Counted from the stretch's first letter, positions 10,701 through 21,695 are shown. The stretch is 64,000 nucleotides of DNA from Gammaproteobacteria bacterium (GCA_020845935.1 JADLEV010000072.1:3336-67335); one strand, 5' to 3'. A program made the numbers and translations. The notes: generated by a model from the letters alone, not told the origin.

Positions 10701-11486
10701 TGGTTTCGCGCAGCGCGTGCCGTCCGGCCAGATGGCCCCGCTCAGCACGGTGTCGCGCAGTTCGGCTCCCGACAGGTCCGCGTCGCGCAAGTCGGCATGG
10801 GAAAGATCCGCCTCCTGGAGGCTGGCTGATTGCAACCGTGCGCGACGCAGATCGGCCCCGGCGAGTCGTGCGCCGATGAGTGTTGCGTGCGAGAAGTCCG
10901 CATCGATGAGCTTCGCGTAGGCGAATGACGCGCGCTGCAAGTCTGCGCCGGCGAGCTCCGCCGCTGCAAGCTCACAGCCATCCCAGACGCCGGCCGGCGC
11001 CGGCACCGCATCGCAGTCAACGCTGGTTCGCTCGACGGTCGGTGCATGAGGAAGCAAGTAACCAAGCACCGCTAACAGCAAAGCGAACCCCAGTGCGATT
11101 GCCGGAATTCGAGATCGATGCGGGGGAGGGCCGGCAAGGCTATGCCATACCTCTGCACGCTTCTGCCGCGCCTGCATGACCTCCGGGTCCTCCGGTTGCC
11201 TGCGATCGGGATTGGCGCGACGCGATTCAGTGCCTGCTTCACCGCTCTGGCGCCGATCCTGGTGCCGCTCGTCCAGCAATCGTCGTTCGCGAACGATATC
11301 GACGATTTGCTCTGAGTCGTACAGTGCAGGCAGTTCGCGCAGTGCGCGCCAGTTCTGCTGGTCCTCGCTGACCAGCATGTCCGGCTGCAACCTTCCGAGT
11401 AGCACGTTATGCCGGATCTGGGTCGCGGGAAACGGTCCACGGATGATGTCGCCCACCTTGATGAACCACAAGCGATGTTTTGCCAT
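10656..11486 (-). CDS. GYF_2(DUF4339)-TM-pentapeptide-repeat protein
   Basis: N-terminus MAKHRLWFIKVGDIIRGPFPATQIRHNVLLGRLQPDMLVSEDQQNWRAL is GYF-like. One hydrophobic helix follows. The C-terminus has A(D/N)Lxx pentapeptide repeats (ADLQRASFAYAKLIDADFSHATLIGARLAGADLRRARLQSASLQEADLSHADLRDADLSGAEL). Confidence 0.75.
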   Translation of the reverse strand: MAKHRLWFIKVGDIIRGPFPATQIRHNVLLGRLQPDMLVSEDQQNWRALRELPALYDSEQIVDIVRERRLLDERHQDRRQSGEAGTESRRANPDRRQPEDPEVMQARQKRAEVWHSLAGPPPHRSRIPAIALGFALLLAVLGYLLPHAPTVERTSVDCDAVPAPAGVWDGCELAAAELAGADLQRASFAYAKLIDADFSHATLIGARLAGADLRRARLQSASLQEADLSHADLRDADLSGAELRDTVLSGAIWPDGTRCAKPSVGACLRIEGEGAE

Positions 11487-11522
11487 ACCGCCACCCGCAC
11501 CCAATCTGCCGCCGCAACTGCG

Positions 11523-13838
11523 TTATCGGCCACCAGCCTCTGTTTTCAAGCCGGCTGGATCACTCGCGACGGCACAAACCTCCTCGGGCGCCGGCCCGGT
11601 ACCATGCCGAAAAGGCAATGCCATGACCTTCGCGCAGTGCTCCAGTTCGAAGGGATCGATATCCACCCACAGCCATTCAATCTCCGGTGGCGGCGCGAAT
11701 GTGCGTGGTCGTGGCCGTACCCGCTGCATCAGATCGATCCAGATCGGCATCGCACCACTCGCCCCGGTGAGGCCAAGCGGTTGATTGTCGTCTCGCCCCA
11801 GCCACACCACACCGAGATAGTCGTCTCCATAACCGACGAACCAGCTGTCCCGCAGGTCGTTGGTGCTGCCGGTCTTGCCCGCCAGCGGGGCCATCGCCGC
11901 CAAGCGTTCTCCGGCGAGTCTGGCGGTGCCGGTTTGCAGTACGCGGCGCAACAAGAACTCGAGCAGATACGCGGTGTCGCGAGAAATAACCCGCACCGCT
12001 TCCGGCGCATAGTGCGCCAGCATTCGGCCGTCAGCACTGGTAACCGCCTGCACCGCGCGCAGGGGCATGTGCAGACCACCACTGGCCAGGGTCTGATACA
12101 TCGCCGCGATTTCGACCGAGGACAATTCGATCGCACCCAGGATGATCGAGGGATAGGGTGTGAAAGCGCCGTGAAACCCGAGCCGCCGAATCGATTCGGC
12201 GACGGCTTCTAGCCCGACCTCAAGGCCAAGATGGACCGCCGGAAGATTCAGCGATTCCGGCAGTGCTTCCAGAATGCGTACCTCACCCGAATAGCTACCG
12301 GAGTAGTTCTGCGGACGCCAGGCCTGACCGTCCTCGAGGCGCACCGTCAGCGGGCTATCGGGAATGATTGACGCAAGGTGATAGCGTCCCGATTCCAACG
12401 CGGCCAGGTATACCGCCGGCTTCAACAGCGACCCGACCGGCCGTCGGGCGGTCACCGCCCGGTTGAAATCGCCCGGTGCATTATCTCGCCCGCCACTGAG
12501 CGCAAGAATGTCTCCGGACCGCACATCAGTAACCAACACGGCTGCTTGTGCGGATCCGAGTCGCTTTGGCGACCGTTTGCCGAGTTCCGGCAGCGTTCGA
12601 TCGATCGCGGCGACGACCTGACGCTGGGTCAAATAATCCAGCGACGTCATGATCCGCAAACCCTGGGTACGCAGTACCGCTGCTGGAAAGTGTTCCTCGA
12701 GTTGCAGCCGCACCAGATCCATGAAATCCGAGTACGCCCCGGCGGATGCCGCGGGCCGCTCCACCAGGCCTAGGTCCCGCTGCGCCGCGACCTGCTCCGT
12801 TGTGGCATCGATGAAACCTTCGCTGCGCATCCGCTGCAGCACGAAATTGCGTCTTTGTCTGGCCCGCTCCGGATGCCGAAACGGGTTGTAGTACGACGCG
12901 CCACGGGCCAGCCCCGCCAGCAGGCACGTCTCGTCGAGACTCAGATCCTGGATGCGCTTGCCCAGGTAATGTTGTGCGGCGAGACCGAAACCATGCACCG
13001 CGCGGTTACCCTGCTGTCCGAGATAGACCTCATTGAGATAGGCCTGCAGGATCTCCTGCTTCGTGAAATGCAACTCGATGATGAGCGCAATGAAAGCTTC
13101 GCGCAGCTTGCGCCAAAGTGATCGCTCCGCGCTGAGATAAAGATTCTTGACCAGTTGTTGCGTCAGCGTGCTACCACCCTGCACCACCTCCCGCGCCAAC
13201 AGATTGGCGAGCATCGCACGCAGCACCGCCACCGGGTCGATACCAACATGGTCGTAGAAGTCGTGGTCCTCAACCGCGAGCAAGGCGTTGATGAGATCCT
13301 GTGGCACATCGGCGATTGCCACCACGATTCGGTCCTGCCGATCGATCGCGTCGAACTGCGCAATCTCGATCGGTTCAAGACGCACCCGCGGTACCGGTGC
13401 GCCGGTTTCCGGCTCGGTCAGTTCGGAGATGGCATTACCGGCAAAACGGATCTGCACAGCGCGTGGCGGCTCGCTGCCGTCCCAGGACTGAAAGCCTCGG
13501 GTTCGCACGGTCACGACGTTCGCGCTCTTCGCGAAGCTACCGGTGACCGCGGCGTTCGCCTCCTGCCGATAGCCGAGAATGCGCAGGACCTCGACAAGTT
13601 CGTCCGCGCCGATGCCTCGCTCGGAATGAAGCTCCAACGGTCGCGCGTAGACTCGCGCCGGTTGCGACCAATGCAGACGACTGAAATCGCGGCGGACGAC
13701 ATGATCGAGCCACAGTGCTGCGCCCGCCAGGACCAGCACACACCAGAACAGAAGGTGACACAGCAGAAAACGGCGAAGCTGGCCGCGCCTGACCGGGCCG
13801 CGACCGGAACGACGTGAATGCCTTGCTCCGGCTTTCAC
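11523..13838 (-). CDS. mrcB: class A penicillin-binding protein, PBP1B type (glycosyltransferase/transpeptidase)
   Basis: GT51 motifs (AVEDHDFYDHVGID, GGSTLTQQLVKNLYL), a UB2H-like segment after the TM helix, and a transpeptidase half. The track start at 13868 is a TTG inside the upstream terminator T-run, so I prefer the in-frame GTG at 13838. The start remains uncertain. Confidence 0.9.
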   Translation of the reverse strand: MKAGARHSRRSGRGPVRRGQLRRFLLCHLLFWCVLVLAGAALWLDHVVRRDFSRLHWSQPARVYARPLELHSERGIGADELVEVLRILGYRQEANAAVTGSFAKSANVVTVRTRGFQSWDGSEPPRAVQIRFAGNAISELTEPETGAPVPRVRLEPIEIAQFDAIDRQDRIVVAIADVPQDLINALLAVEDHDFYDHVGIDPVAVLRAMLANLLAREVVQGGSTLTQQLVKNLYLSAERSLWRKLREAFIALIIELHFTKQEILQAYLNEVYLGQQGNRAVHGFGLAAQHYLGKRIQDLSLDETCLLAGLARGASYYNPFRHPERARQRRNFVLQRMRSEGFIDATTEQVAAQRDLGLVERPAASAGAYSDFMDLVRLQLEEHFPAAVLRTQGLRIMTSLDYLTQRQVVAAIDRTLPELGKRSPKRLGSAQAAVLVTDVRSGDILALSGGRDNAPGDFNRAVTARRPVGSLLKPAVYLAALESGRYHLASIIPDSPLTVRLEDGQAWRPQNYSGSYSGEVRILEALPESLNLPAVHLGLEVGLEAVAESIRRLGFHGAFTPYPSIILGAIELSSVEIAAMYQTLASGGLHMPLRAVQAVTSADGRMLAHYAPEAVRVISRDTAYLLEFLLRRVLQTGTARLAGERLAAMAPLAGKTGSTNDLRDSWFVGYGDDYLGVVWLGRDDNQPLGLTGASGAMPIWIDLMQRVRPRPRTFAPPPEIEWLWVDIDPFELEHCAKVMALPFRHGTGPAPEEVCAVASDPAGLKTEAGGR

Positions 13839-13860
13839 AAAAAACCCAATCCCTGCCTCA

Positions 13861-13895
13861 TAAAACAAGAAAGCCCCGTCGCATGACGGGGCTTT
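13861..13895 (-). terminator. intrinsic terminator of the H1-like gene transcript
   Basis: Minus strand reads AAAGCCCCGTC-ATGC-GACGGGGCTTT followed by CTTGTTTTA, an 11-bp stem plus a T-rich tail. Confidence 0.7.
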
Positions 13896-14093
13896 GAATT
13901 GACATGAAGACCGTGCATCGCCACAGCGCTGGAACGGCCGCGTAAACAGTTACTTCAGTTCAGCGCGGGTTCCTTGTGTCACTTTTCGCTGCTTGCCCAC
14001 CTGCCGTATGTTCTTCGTCGATTCCGCTTGCTGGGCTGAACTGCCGGAGAGCACGACGAGAGACAACGACGATGAACGGTTGGTCATGTGCAG

Positions 14094-14285
14094 TTATCCA
14101 GCAGCGGTTTTCTTTTTCGCCGCAGCTTTCTTTGCAACTTTCTTTGCAACCTTCTTTGCAACTTTCTTCTTGCTTGCCGTTTTCTTCGAAGCCGCCTTCT
14201 TCACGGTCTTCTTGGTTACGGCCTTCTTTGCCGCGGACTTCTTAGCGGCCACTTTACGCGAGGTCTTTTTCTTTGCTATCGCCAT
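14094..14285 (-). CDS. histone H1-like Lys/Ala-rich small basic protein
   Basis: 63 aa, MAIAKKKTSRKVAAKKSAAKKAVTKKTVKKAASKKTASKKKVAKKVAKKVAKKAAAKKKTAAG; almost only K, A, V, T and S. An AT-rich promoter region lies upstream and a terminator downstream. Confidence 0.75.
   Translation of the reverse strand: MAIAKKKTSRKVAAKKSAAKKAVTKKTVKKAASKKTASKKKVAKKVAKKVAKKAAAKKKTAAG
14126..14161. repeat. 12-nt tandem repeat x3 (plus a degenerate fourth copy) inside the H1-like gene
   Basis: CTTTCTTTGCAA, CTTTCTTTGCAA, CCTTCTTTGCAA read directly. The repeats are in frame and encode AKKV units. Confidence 0.85.
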
Positions 14286-14440
14286 AACAAAGGTCCCCCT
14301 TGGTTAGGTTGATTAAAGAAGTACAGCACCGCAAAACAATCTGCATCACAACTTCATGATGCGAGCGTAATTATAGGAGAAAAAAAAAGATCCAGCGATT
14401 TTTTTTCAACCGTCATCGCGACGGTTCATCGCATCGATGA

Positions 14441-15484
<1,044 letters not shown>

Positions 15485-15596
15485 GGCTGTTTAAGACAGG
15501 ACTTTCCGCGAGCCATGGCGCCACACCCACGGCGCGCACAGCATGAACGCCGCAGCTGGAGGCGCAGGTATCGGTTCGGACTGCTCGATGCAGTGT

Positions 15597-16655
15597 TCAG
15601 GTTTCGCGGAACAGGGCGTCGACCGAGAAACCCTCGCGCTCGAGGATCTGCCGCAGTCGGCGTAATGCTTCGAGCTGAATCTGCCGCACGCGTTCACGGG
15701 TAACACCTATCGCATTGCCAACTTCTTCAAGGGTGGCAATCTCATGGCCTTGCAGACCGTAGCGACGAACGACGACTTCGCGCTGCTTGTCGTTCAATTG
15801 CGCAAGCCAGGTGTCGAGATGCCGCTGCATGTCACCGTCCTGAAGGATGCGTGCCGGATCAGAGCTCATTTCGTCCGGAATCGTATCGAGCACGGATCGA
15901 TCCGATTCGTGATCGGTCGGCACGTCCACCGAGGTGACGCGTTCGTTCAAACCCAGCATCCGTTTGACTTCCTCGATCGGGCGATCGAGCATCTCCGCAA
16001 CATCCTCGGGACTCGGCTCGCGATCGAGCTTCTGCGCCAGGCGACGCGCTGCGCGCAGATAGATGTTGATTTCCTTGACGACATGGATCGGCAATCGAAT
16101 CGTCCGCGTCTGATTCATCAGACCACGCTCGATGGTCTGCCGAATCCACCAGGTCGCATAGGTCGAGAAACGAAAGCCGCGCTCCGGATCGAATTTCTCC
16201 ACGGCGCGAATCAACCCGAGATTTCCTTCCTCAATGAGGTCGAGCAGGGCCAGACCGCGGTTCATGTAACGGCGCGCGATCTTGACCACCAGCCGCAGAT
16301 TGCTTTCTATCATGCGCTTGCGGGCGGACTCATCGCCACGCAGCGCCAGCCGTGCGAAATGAACCTCCTCGTCGGCCGTAAGCAATGGCGAAAATCCGAT
16401 CTCGCCGAGATACAACCGGGTTGCATCGAGTTCGCCATCCGGAATGTCACCACTCAGCAAACGAACGTCGACCCCCGCTTCTGCCTCGCCTTCGTCCTGC
16501 TCCTCGATCAGCAGCGCGTCCGGCTCGGCCGCGAGGTCATCGTCATCATCCAGCGGCACATCATCATCGGACAGCAATTCAAGCGAGGCATCGCTTGCAG
16601 GCGTTGTTGGATTGGGACCTTCGTCTAACGTGGTTGGAAACTTCGAGCCGGCCAT
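15597..16655 (-). CDS. rpoS: RNA polymerase sigma factor RpoS
   Basis: Regions 2-4 are clear ([56 protein letters not shown]). Context is surE-pcm-nlpD-rpoS. The N-terminus is long and acidic. Confidence 0.93.
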   Translation of the reverse strand: MAGSKFPTTLDEGPNPTTPASDASLELLSDDDVPLDDDDDLAAEPDALLIEEQDEGEAEAGVDVRLLSGDIPDGELDATRLYLGEIGFSPLLTADEEVHFARLALRGDESARKRMIESNLRLVVKIARRYMNRGLALLDLIEEGNLGLIRAVEKFDPERGFRFSTYATWWIRQTIERGLMNQTRTIRLPIHVVKEINIYLRAARRLAQKLDREPSPEDVAEMLDRPIEEVKRMLGLNERVTSVDVPTDHESDRSVLDTIPDEMSSDPARILQDGDMQRHLDTWLAQLNDKQREVVVRRYGLQGHEIATLEEVGNAIGVTRERVRQIQLEALRRLRQILEREGFSVDALFRET

Positions 16656-16660
16656 GCGTA

Positions 16661-17530
16661 TCAGCCGCGCGCCGCCGCCCGGCGCGGCAGATAATGCAGT
16701 GGGTCCACGGCGATGCCGTTCATGCGCAGTTCGAAGTGCAACATCACCTGCTGCGCTCCCGTGTCACCCATTTCCGCAATCTTCTGTCCGGTCCTGACCT
16801 GTTCGCCCTCCCGCACCAGCACCTTGTCGTTATGGGCATAGGCGCTCAGAAACTCGGCGTCATGGCGAATGATGATCAGGTTGCCGTAGCCACGCAGGCC
16901 GTTGCCACTATAGACCACCTCGCCGTTTGCAACTGCGCTGATCGACTGGCCGCGCCTGCCGAGAATGCGGATCCCCTTGGTTCCCATCGCCGACACGGCT
17001 GTCGTCACTTCACCTTCGGTCGGCCATATCCAGCGGGTTCCGGTTGGCGCATCAGATCCGGATCCCCGATTTGGTTCGGACGCTGGACGATTGACTCCGT
17101 CCCTTGCACCCGTTGGTGCTCCCGTCGGGCGCGGAAGCGTGACCACCTTTTCCGTCCCGGTCTCCGCAGGAAACCCGGATACAACGGTTCGATCATTCAC
17201 CGCCGGCGTGCCGGGCGCCGCGAGGCGCAACTTCTGACCCGGGTAGATGAGGTTGGGATTACGCAAGTTGTTCCAGCGAGCAAGGTCTCGCGTATCGAGC
17301 CCAAAGCGAAAGGCGATTGCATGCAACGAATCACCCTGGCGAACAACATAGGAAGGTGTGCCGGACTTCAATGCCGCGTCGGCTGGCTTTGCACTGGCCG
17401 ATGCCGCTCCTGGGCGCGGCTGCGGCAACCGGGATTCCACTGGCGCAGGACCATCACTGGCACAGCCAGCCACAAGTCCCGCTGCCAGCATGAGTCCGGC
17501 GCTGCGACGGGCAATGCATTGCCGCAGCAA
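16661..17530 (-). CDS. nlpD: LysM/M23 murein hydrolase activator lipoprotein NlpD
   Basis: Lipobox LAAGLVAGC, a LysM domain ([29 protein letters not shown]) and an M23 C-terminus. The track ORF extends to 17710 and into pcm. I favour TTG at 17530; the start is uncertain. Confidence 0.85.
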   Translation of the reverse strand: MLRQCIARRSAGLMLAAGLVAGCASDGPAPVESRLPQPRPGAASASAKPADAALKSGTPSYVVRQGDSLHAIAFRFGLDTRDLARWNNLRNPNLIYPGQKLRLAAPGTPAVNDRTVVSGFPAETGTEKVVTLPRPTGAPTGARDGVNRPASEPNRGSGSDAPTGTRWIWPTEGEVTTAVSAMGTKGIRILGRRGQSISAVANGEVVYSGNGLRGYGNLIIIRHDAEFLSAYAHNDKVLVREGEQVRTGQKIAEMGDTGAQQVMLHFELRMNGIAVDPLHYLPRRAAARG

Positions 17531-17666
17531 TCGAAGCAGGCACGCCGTGGCATCGCCATACCCGCGCCCTAAGCCGGATCGCAGTCGCTGGATTGGAGTC
17601 CGATCGGAACAAGCTCCGGATCGGACGAGTCGGAAAAAGCCAAAGATGGCTTCCCGTGGACCGCCT

Positions 17667-18326
17667 TTAGCCAGTCCCTTCAAGCAGGGGGACAAAACTG
17701 ACTCGATCAAGCCGCTCCTCCGTAAAACCTTCGCTGGTACGCGTCAGCAACATCAGGTCTTGTGCACCAACGGCGCCAACCGGTATCACGAGGCGCCCTC
17801 CGATGTTGAGTTGAGACAATAGCGACTGCGGTATGTCAACCGATGCGGCGGCGACCAATATAGCATCGAATGGCGCCATTTCCGGCCAGCCCAACCGACC
17901 ATCGCCGTGGCGCACGCGGACATTGCCAAGGTCCAGTTTGTGCAACCGCGATCGCAATTTATTCGCCAGTGTCGCGAGTCGCTCGATCGCGTACACCTTG
18001 CTCACCAGCCGCGCCAGGATTGCGCTCTGGTAACCACAGCCCGCGCCGATCTCGAGCACGCTCTGCAATGGGCCGGTGGTCAGCAGCACTTCCGTCATCT
18101 GCGCGACGACGAACGGTTGCGATATCGTCTGGCCATGACCAATCGGCAACGCCGTGTTCTCGTAGGCGCGACTCGATAGAGCCTCATCGACGAACAGATG
18201 CCGCGGCACGGTGCGGATCAATTCGAGCACGGTTTCCGAGCGGATGCCCATCTCGCGCAATTTCGCGACCAGGCGATTGCGCGCCCGTTGCGAGGTCATA
18301 CCGATGCCGAGCTGTTCCGACTTCAT
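17667..18326 (-). CDS. pcm: protein-L-isoaspartate O-methyltransferase
   Basis: GIGMTSQRARNRLV..., GHGQTISQPFVVA and VLEIGAGCGYQSA motifs. The ATG at 18326 overlaps the surE stop as ATGA. Confidence 0.93.
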   Translation of the reverse strand: MKSEQLGIGMTSQRARNRLVAKLREMGIRSETVLELIRTVPRHLFVDEALSSRAYENTALPIGHGQTISQPFVVAQMTEVLLTTGPLQSVLEIGAGCGYQSAILARLVSKVYAIERLATLANKLRSRLHKLDLGNVRVRHGDGRLGWPEMAPFDAILVAAASVDIPQSLLSQLNIGGRLVIPVGAVGAQDLMLLTRTSEGFTEERLDRVSFVPLLEGTG

Positions 18327-19084
18327 TGCCTTTGCCTGTGATCCAGCCAATCGGCGAGATAGTCCAGCGTCCGGTAGTTGGTCAAATCAACGTGCAACGG
18401 CGTTACCGAAACGTAACCATTGTGGATCGCCTCGAAATCGGTCCCAGGTCCGGTGTCGTGTCCAGCGCCGGCGGTTCCGATCCAGTAGATCGTCCGGCCG
18501 CGCGGATCGAGCTGGCGAACCACGTCGGACGACTTGTGTCGCTGCCCGAGCCGGGTCGCCTTGAAGCCGCGTATGGCGGCGACCGGCACATCCGGCACGT
18601 TGACGTTGAGCAGACGGCAATCGGACAAGGGTTGTTCCAGCAGGTTACCGATCAGGGTTCGCACCGCCCAAGCGGCCGTATCGTAATTTTTGAGTTCATC
18701 ACCCGCGAGCGATATCGCGACCGAGGGACATCCTAAAAACCTGCCTTCCATCGCCGCGGCGACCGTGCCGGAATACAACACGTCATCGGCGAGGTTCTCA
18801 CCGGCATTGATGCCGGAGACGACCATGTCTGGAGCACGATCCAGCAAACCTGTGATCGCGATATGGACGCAATCGGTTGGGGTTCCGCTGGCGTGGTAAT
18901 AGCCGTTCGCCGCACGGCGCACACGCACCGGCGATTGCAGCGTCAGCGAGTTGCTGGCACCACTGTGTTCCTGATCCGGTGCGACCACGACGACCTCACC
19001 GAACTCCGCCATGACGCTCGCCAGCACCTCGATGCCGGGGGACTGATAACCGTCATCGTTGCTGACCAGAAACAGGTGAGACAT
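18323..19084 (-). CDS. surE: 5'/3'-nucleotidase SurE
   Basis: MSHLFLVSNDDGYQSPGIEVLA...; upstream of pcm. Confidence 0.94.
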   Translation of the reverse strand: MSHLFLVSNDDGYQSPGIEVLASVMAEFGEVVVVAPDQEHSGASNSLTLQSPVRVRRAANGYYHASGTPTDCVHIAITGLLDRAPDMVVSGINAGENLADDVLYSGTVAAAMEGRFLGCPSVAISLAGDELKNYDTAAWAVRTLIGNLLEQPLSDCRLLNVNVPDVPVAAIRGFKATRLGQRHKSSDVVRQLDPRGRTIYWIGTAGAGHDTGPGTDFEAIHNGYVSVTPLHVDLTNYRTLDYLADWLDHRQRQ

Positions 19085-19091
19085 CCGCAGC

Positions 19092-19988
19092 TCAACCAAT
19101 CAGGAATTCGAGCAACGCCTTGTGAGCGTGCAGCCGGTTTTCCGCCTCGTCCCAGACGACGCTGTGAGGCCCATCGATGACTTCCGCAGACACTTCCTCG
19201 CCGCGATGAGCCGGCAGGCAATGCATGAACACGACATCCGGCTGTGCCAAATCCAGTAACGCCTGATTGACCTGATACGCGGCGAATGCCGCGACCCGCG
19301 CCGACTGTTCGTCCTCCTGGCCCATGCTGGTCCAGACGTCGGTCACGATCAGATCGGCACCATGCACCGCGGCCCGGACATCGTCGGTAACCATGACGTT
19401 GCTCGCGTCCAGCAGCGGCGAGACCGGTTGGTAAGGCAGCGGGCAGGCGATCCGTAGGTTGAAGCCAAGCATGACTGCGGCTTCTATATATGAGTAACAC
19501 ATGTTGTTGCCGTCCCCGACCCAGGCGACGGTCCTGCCGCTGATCGCGCCGCGATGTTCCTGATAGGTCTGGAGATCAGCAATCACCTGCAACGGATGGC
19601 AACGATCGGTCAGGCCATTGATCACCGGCACGGTCGCAGCGGCGGCGAGGCGCTCCACGGCCTCGTGGCTGTTGGCGCGGACCATGATGGCATTGCACAT
19701 CCGGGATATGACACGCGCGGTGTCCTCGATCGTTTCGCCACGACCGAGTTGCGCATCACGCGGCGAGAGGAAAATGGCATGACCACCGCTCTCCGCCATC
19801 GCCGTCTCGAATGCCACGCGGGTACGTGTCGAGGATTTCTCGAAAATCATCGTCAATACCTTGTGGGCCAGCAGGGGCGGCAACTGACCGCGGGCGCGTT
19901 GGGCCTTCAGATCAATGGCGCGATCAATCACCTGCCGCAGTTCGGCCACGGTCAGGTCGGTCAAGGTCAACAGATGGCGGACTGGCAT
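19092..19988 (-). CDS. argF: ornithine carbamoyltransferase
   Basis: SSTRTRVAFE, CHPLQ and HCLPAHRGEEV motifs; 298 aa. Confidence 0.9.
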   Translation of the reverse strand: MPVRHLLTLTDLTVAELRQVIDRAIDLKAQRARGQLPPLLAHKVLTMIFEKSSTRTRVAFETAMAESGGHAIFLSPRDAQLGRGETIEDTARVISRMCNAIMVRANSHEAVERLAAAATVPVINGLTDRCHPLQVIADLQTYQEHRGAISGRTVAWVGDGNNMCYSYIEAAVMLGFNLRIACPLPYQPVSPLLDASNVMVTDDVRAAVHGADLIVTDVWTSMGQEDEQSARVAAFAAYQVNQALLDLAQPDVVFMHCLPAHRGEEVSAEVIDGPHSVVWDEAENRLHAHKALLEFLIG

Positions 19989-19994
19989 GGGATC

Positions 19995-21170
19995 TCAACC
20001 CTCGAGCCAGCGCCGCGTCAGCCCCACGACGCTGGCGACGATGTCGTCGGCCTCGGCGTCGGTGATGACGAGAGGCGGTAATAACCGAATCACGCGTTCG
20101 CCGGTGACATTGAGCAACAGACCGGCGGCCAACGCCTGCTCCACAATCGCCGCGCACGGCCGGTCGAGCTCGATGCCAAGCAGTAGGCCGAGCCCGCGCA
20201 CACTGACCACCCCCAGCACCTGTCCGAGCTGTTGTCGCAACGCACCCAACATGCGTGTCCCCAACGCCGCGGCGCGCACCGCGTAATCGCCCTGTTCCAG
20301 CACATCGAGCACGGTGAGCGCGACACGGCTTGCCAACGGGCTGCCACCGAAAGTCGAGCCGTGATTGCCGGGACCAAAAACGCCAGCGGCGCGTTCACCG
20401 GCCAGGCAGGCGCCGATCGGGAAACCGTTGCCAAGTCCCTTGGCGAGGGTCATCACATCGGGCGTGATGGCGTGATGCTGATATGCGAACCAGCGCCCGC
20501 TGCGGCACATGCCCGTCTGCACTTCGTCCAACATCAGCAACAGACCATGTTCATCGCATAGTGCGCGCAACCGCGGCAGATAATCGGCTGCCGGCACGTT
20601 GATGCCACCTTCACCCTGGACCGGTTCAACGAGGAGCGCGACGACATCGTGCCGCGACGCGAGGACGCGCTCAATCGCCGCGACATCATCGAACGGAACA
20701 TGAACGAAGCCCGGCAACAGCGGTGCGAACCCTGCCTGGATCTTCGCATTGCCGGTCGCACTCAGCGTCGCCAAGGTCCGACCATGGAAGCTGCGTTCGG
20801 TGACGATGATGGTCGGCGTCGCGATGCCTCGGTCAGCCCCGCGTTTTCTGGCGAGCTTGATCGCCGCTTCGTTCGCCTCCGCGCCGGAATTGCAGAAGAA
20901 CGCCGCGCGCAGACCACTCTTGTCGAGCAGACGCCGCGCGAGTTCCTCTTGCAGCGTGACCCCGTAGAGATTGGAGGTATGCAGCAGCTTGCCTGCCTGC
21001 TCGCAAATCGCCGCGGCAATCGCCGGATGCGCGTGACCGAGTCCGCAGACGGCGACGCCGCTCAGTGCATCGAGATAGCGCCGGCCGGCTTCGTCCCACA
21101 GGTAGGGGCCACTGCCATGCGTAAACCGTACCGCCAACCGTTTGTAGGTCGGCATCGTGAATTCTGTCAT
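19995..21170 (-). CDS. argD: acetylornithine (class III) aminotransferase
   Basis: Start at MTEFTMPTYKRLAVRFTHGSGPYLWDEAGRRYLD (ATG 21170). PLP-lysine region LMLDEVQTGMCRSGRWFAYQH...TLAKGLGNGFP. Adjacent to argF. Confidence 0.88.
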   Translation of the reverse strand: MTEFTMPTYKRLAVRFTHGSGPYLWDEAGRRYLDALSGVAVCGLGHAHPAIAAAICEQAGKLLHTSNLYGVTLQEELARRLLDKSGLRAAFFCNSGAEANEAAIKLARKRGADRGIATPTIIVTERSFHGRTLATLSATGNAKIQAGFAPLLPGFVHVPFDDVAAIERVLASRHDVVALLVEPVQGEGGINVPAADYLPRLRALCDEHGLLLMLDEVQTGMCRSGRWFAYQHHAITPDVMTLAKGLGNGFPIGACLAGERAAGVFGPGNHGSTFGGSPLASRVALTVLDVLEQGDYAVRAAALGTRMLGALRQQLGQVLGVVSVRGLGLLLGIELDRPCAAIVEQALAAGLLLNVTGERVIRLLPPLVITDAEADDIVASVVGLTRRWLEG

Positions 21171-21377
21171 CTGCCCTTCCGGGATAACCAGCAGGAATTG
21201 AATCGATTCGTCATGACGCGATCGCGAACCGGTTGTCGGCCATGGTCGACATTGCCGCAGCCGTGATCGTGGCGCGCATTCTAGCAGTCCGGCCCCATGC
21301 CTCGCCAACCAGTGGACCCCGCGCTAAACTCGGTCGCGAACCAGTCCGGTCTGAACGATTTCCTTGAAGGGGCATCC

Positions 21378-21695
21378 ATGAATACACAGCAACGCATCGT
21401 CGCGGCTATCGCGAATAATCCAATCGTCATTTTCATGAAGGGAACCCCGCAGCACCCGCAATGCGGTTTCTCGATGCGCGCGGCGCAAGCGCTACAGGCC
21501 TGCGGCGTTCCCTTCGCGCATGTCGATATTCTGGCTGACATCGAGGTTGGTGATGAACTGCCCGATTACTCGAACTGGCCGACCTTCCCACAGATCTTTA
21601 TCAAAGGAGAACTGGTGGGCGGCTGCGACATCGTGGTCGACCTGTATCAGCGCGGCGAGTTGCAGCGACTGACTCGGGAAGCGACCGGCGCCTGA
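21378..21695 (+). CDS. grxD: monothiol glutaredoxin (Grx4 family, CGFS)
   Basis: MNTQQRIVAAIANNPIVIFMKGTPQHPQCGFSMRA...WPTFPQIFIKGELVGGCDI. Confidence 0.93.
   Translation: MNTQQRIVAAIANNPIVIFMKGTPQHPQCGFSMRAAQALQACGVPFAHVDILADIEVGDELPDYSNWPTFPQIFIKGELVGGCDIVVDLYQRGELQRLTREATGA

Noticed and set aside
13866-13868. Track start codon for the PBP1B ORF
   Set aside because: It is a TTG lying inside the T-run of the upstream terminator. The in-frame GTG at 13838 with a purine-rich stretch upstream is more plausible, though unproven.
21200-21209. GAATCGATTC perfect 10-bp palindrome in the argD/grxD divergent region, considered as an ARG box
   Set aside because: The half-site spacing (TGAAT-N2-ATTC) does not fit the 18-bp ARG-box consensus. 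It is a single copy only. It could still be an operator for another regulator.
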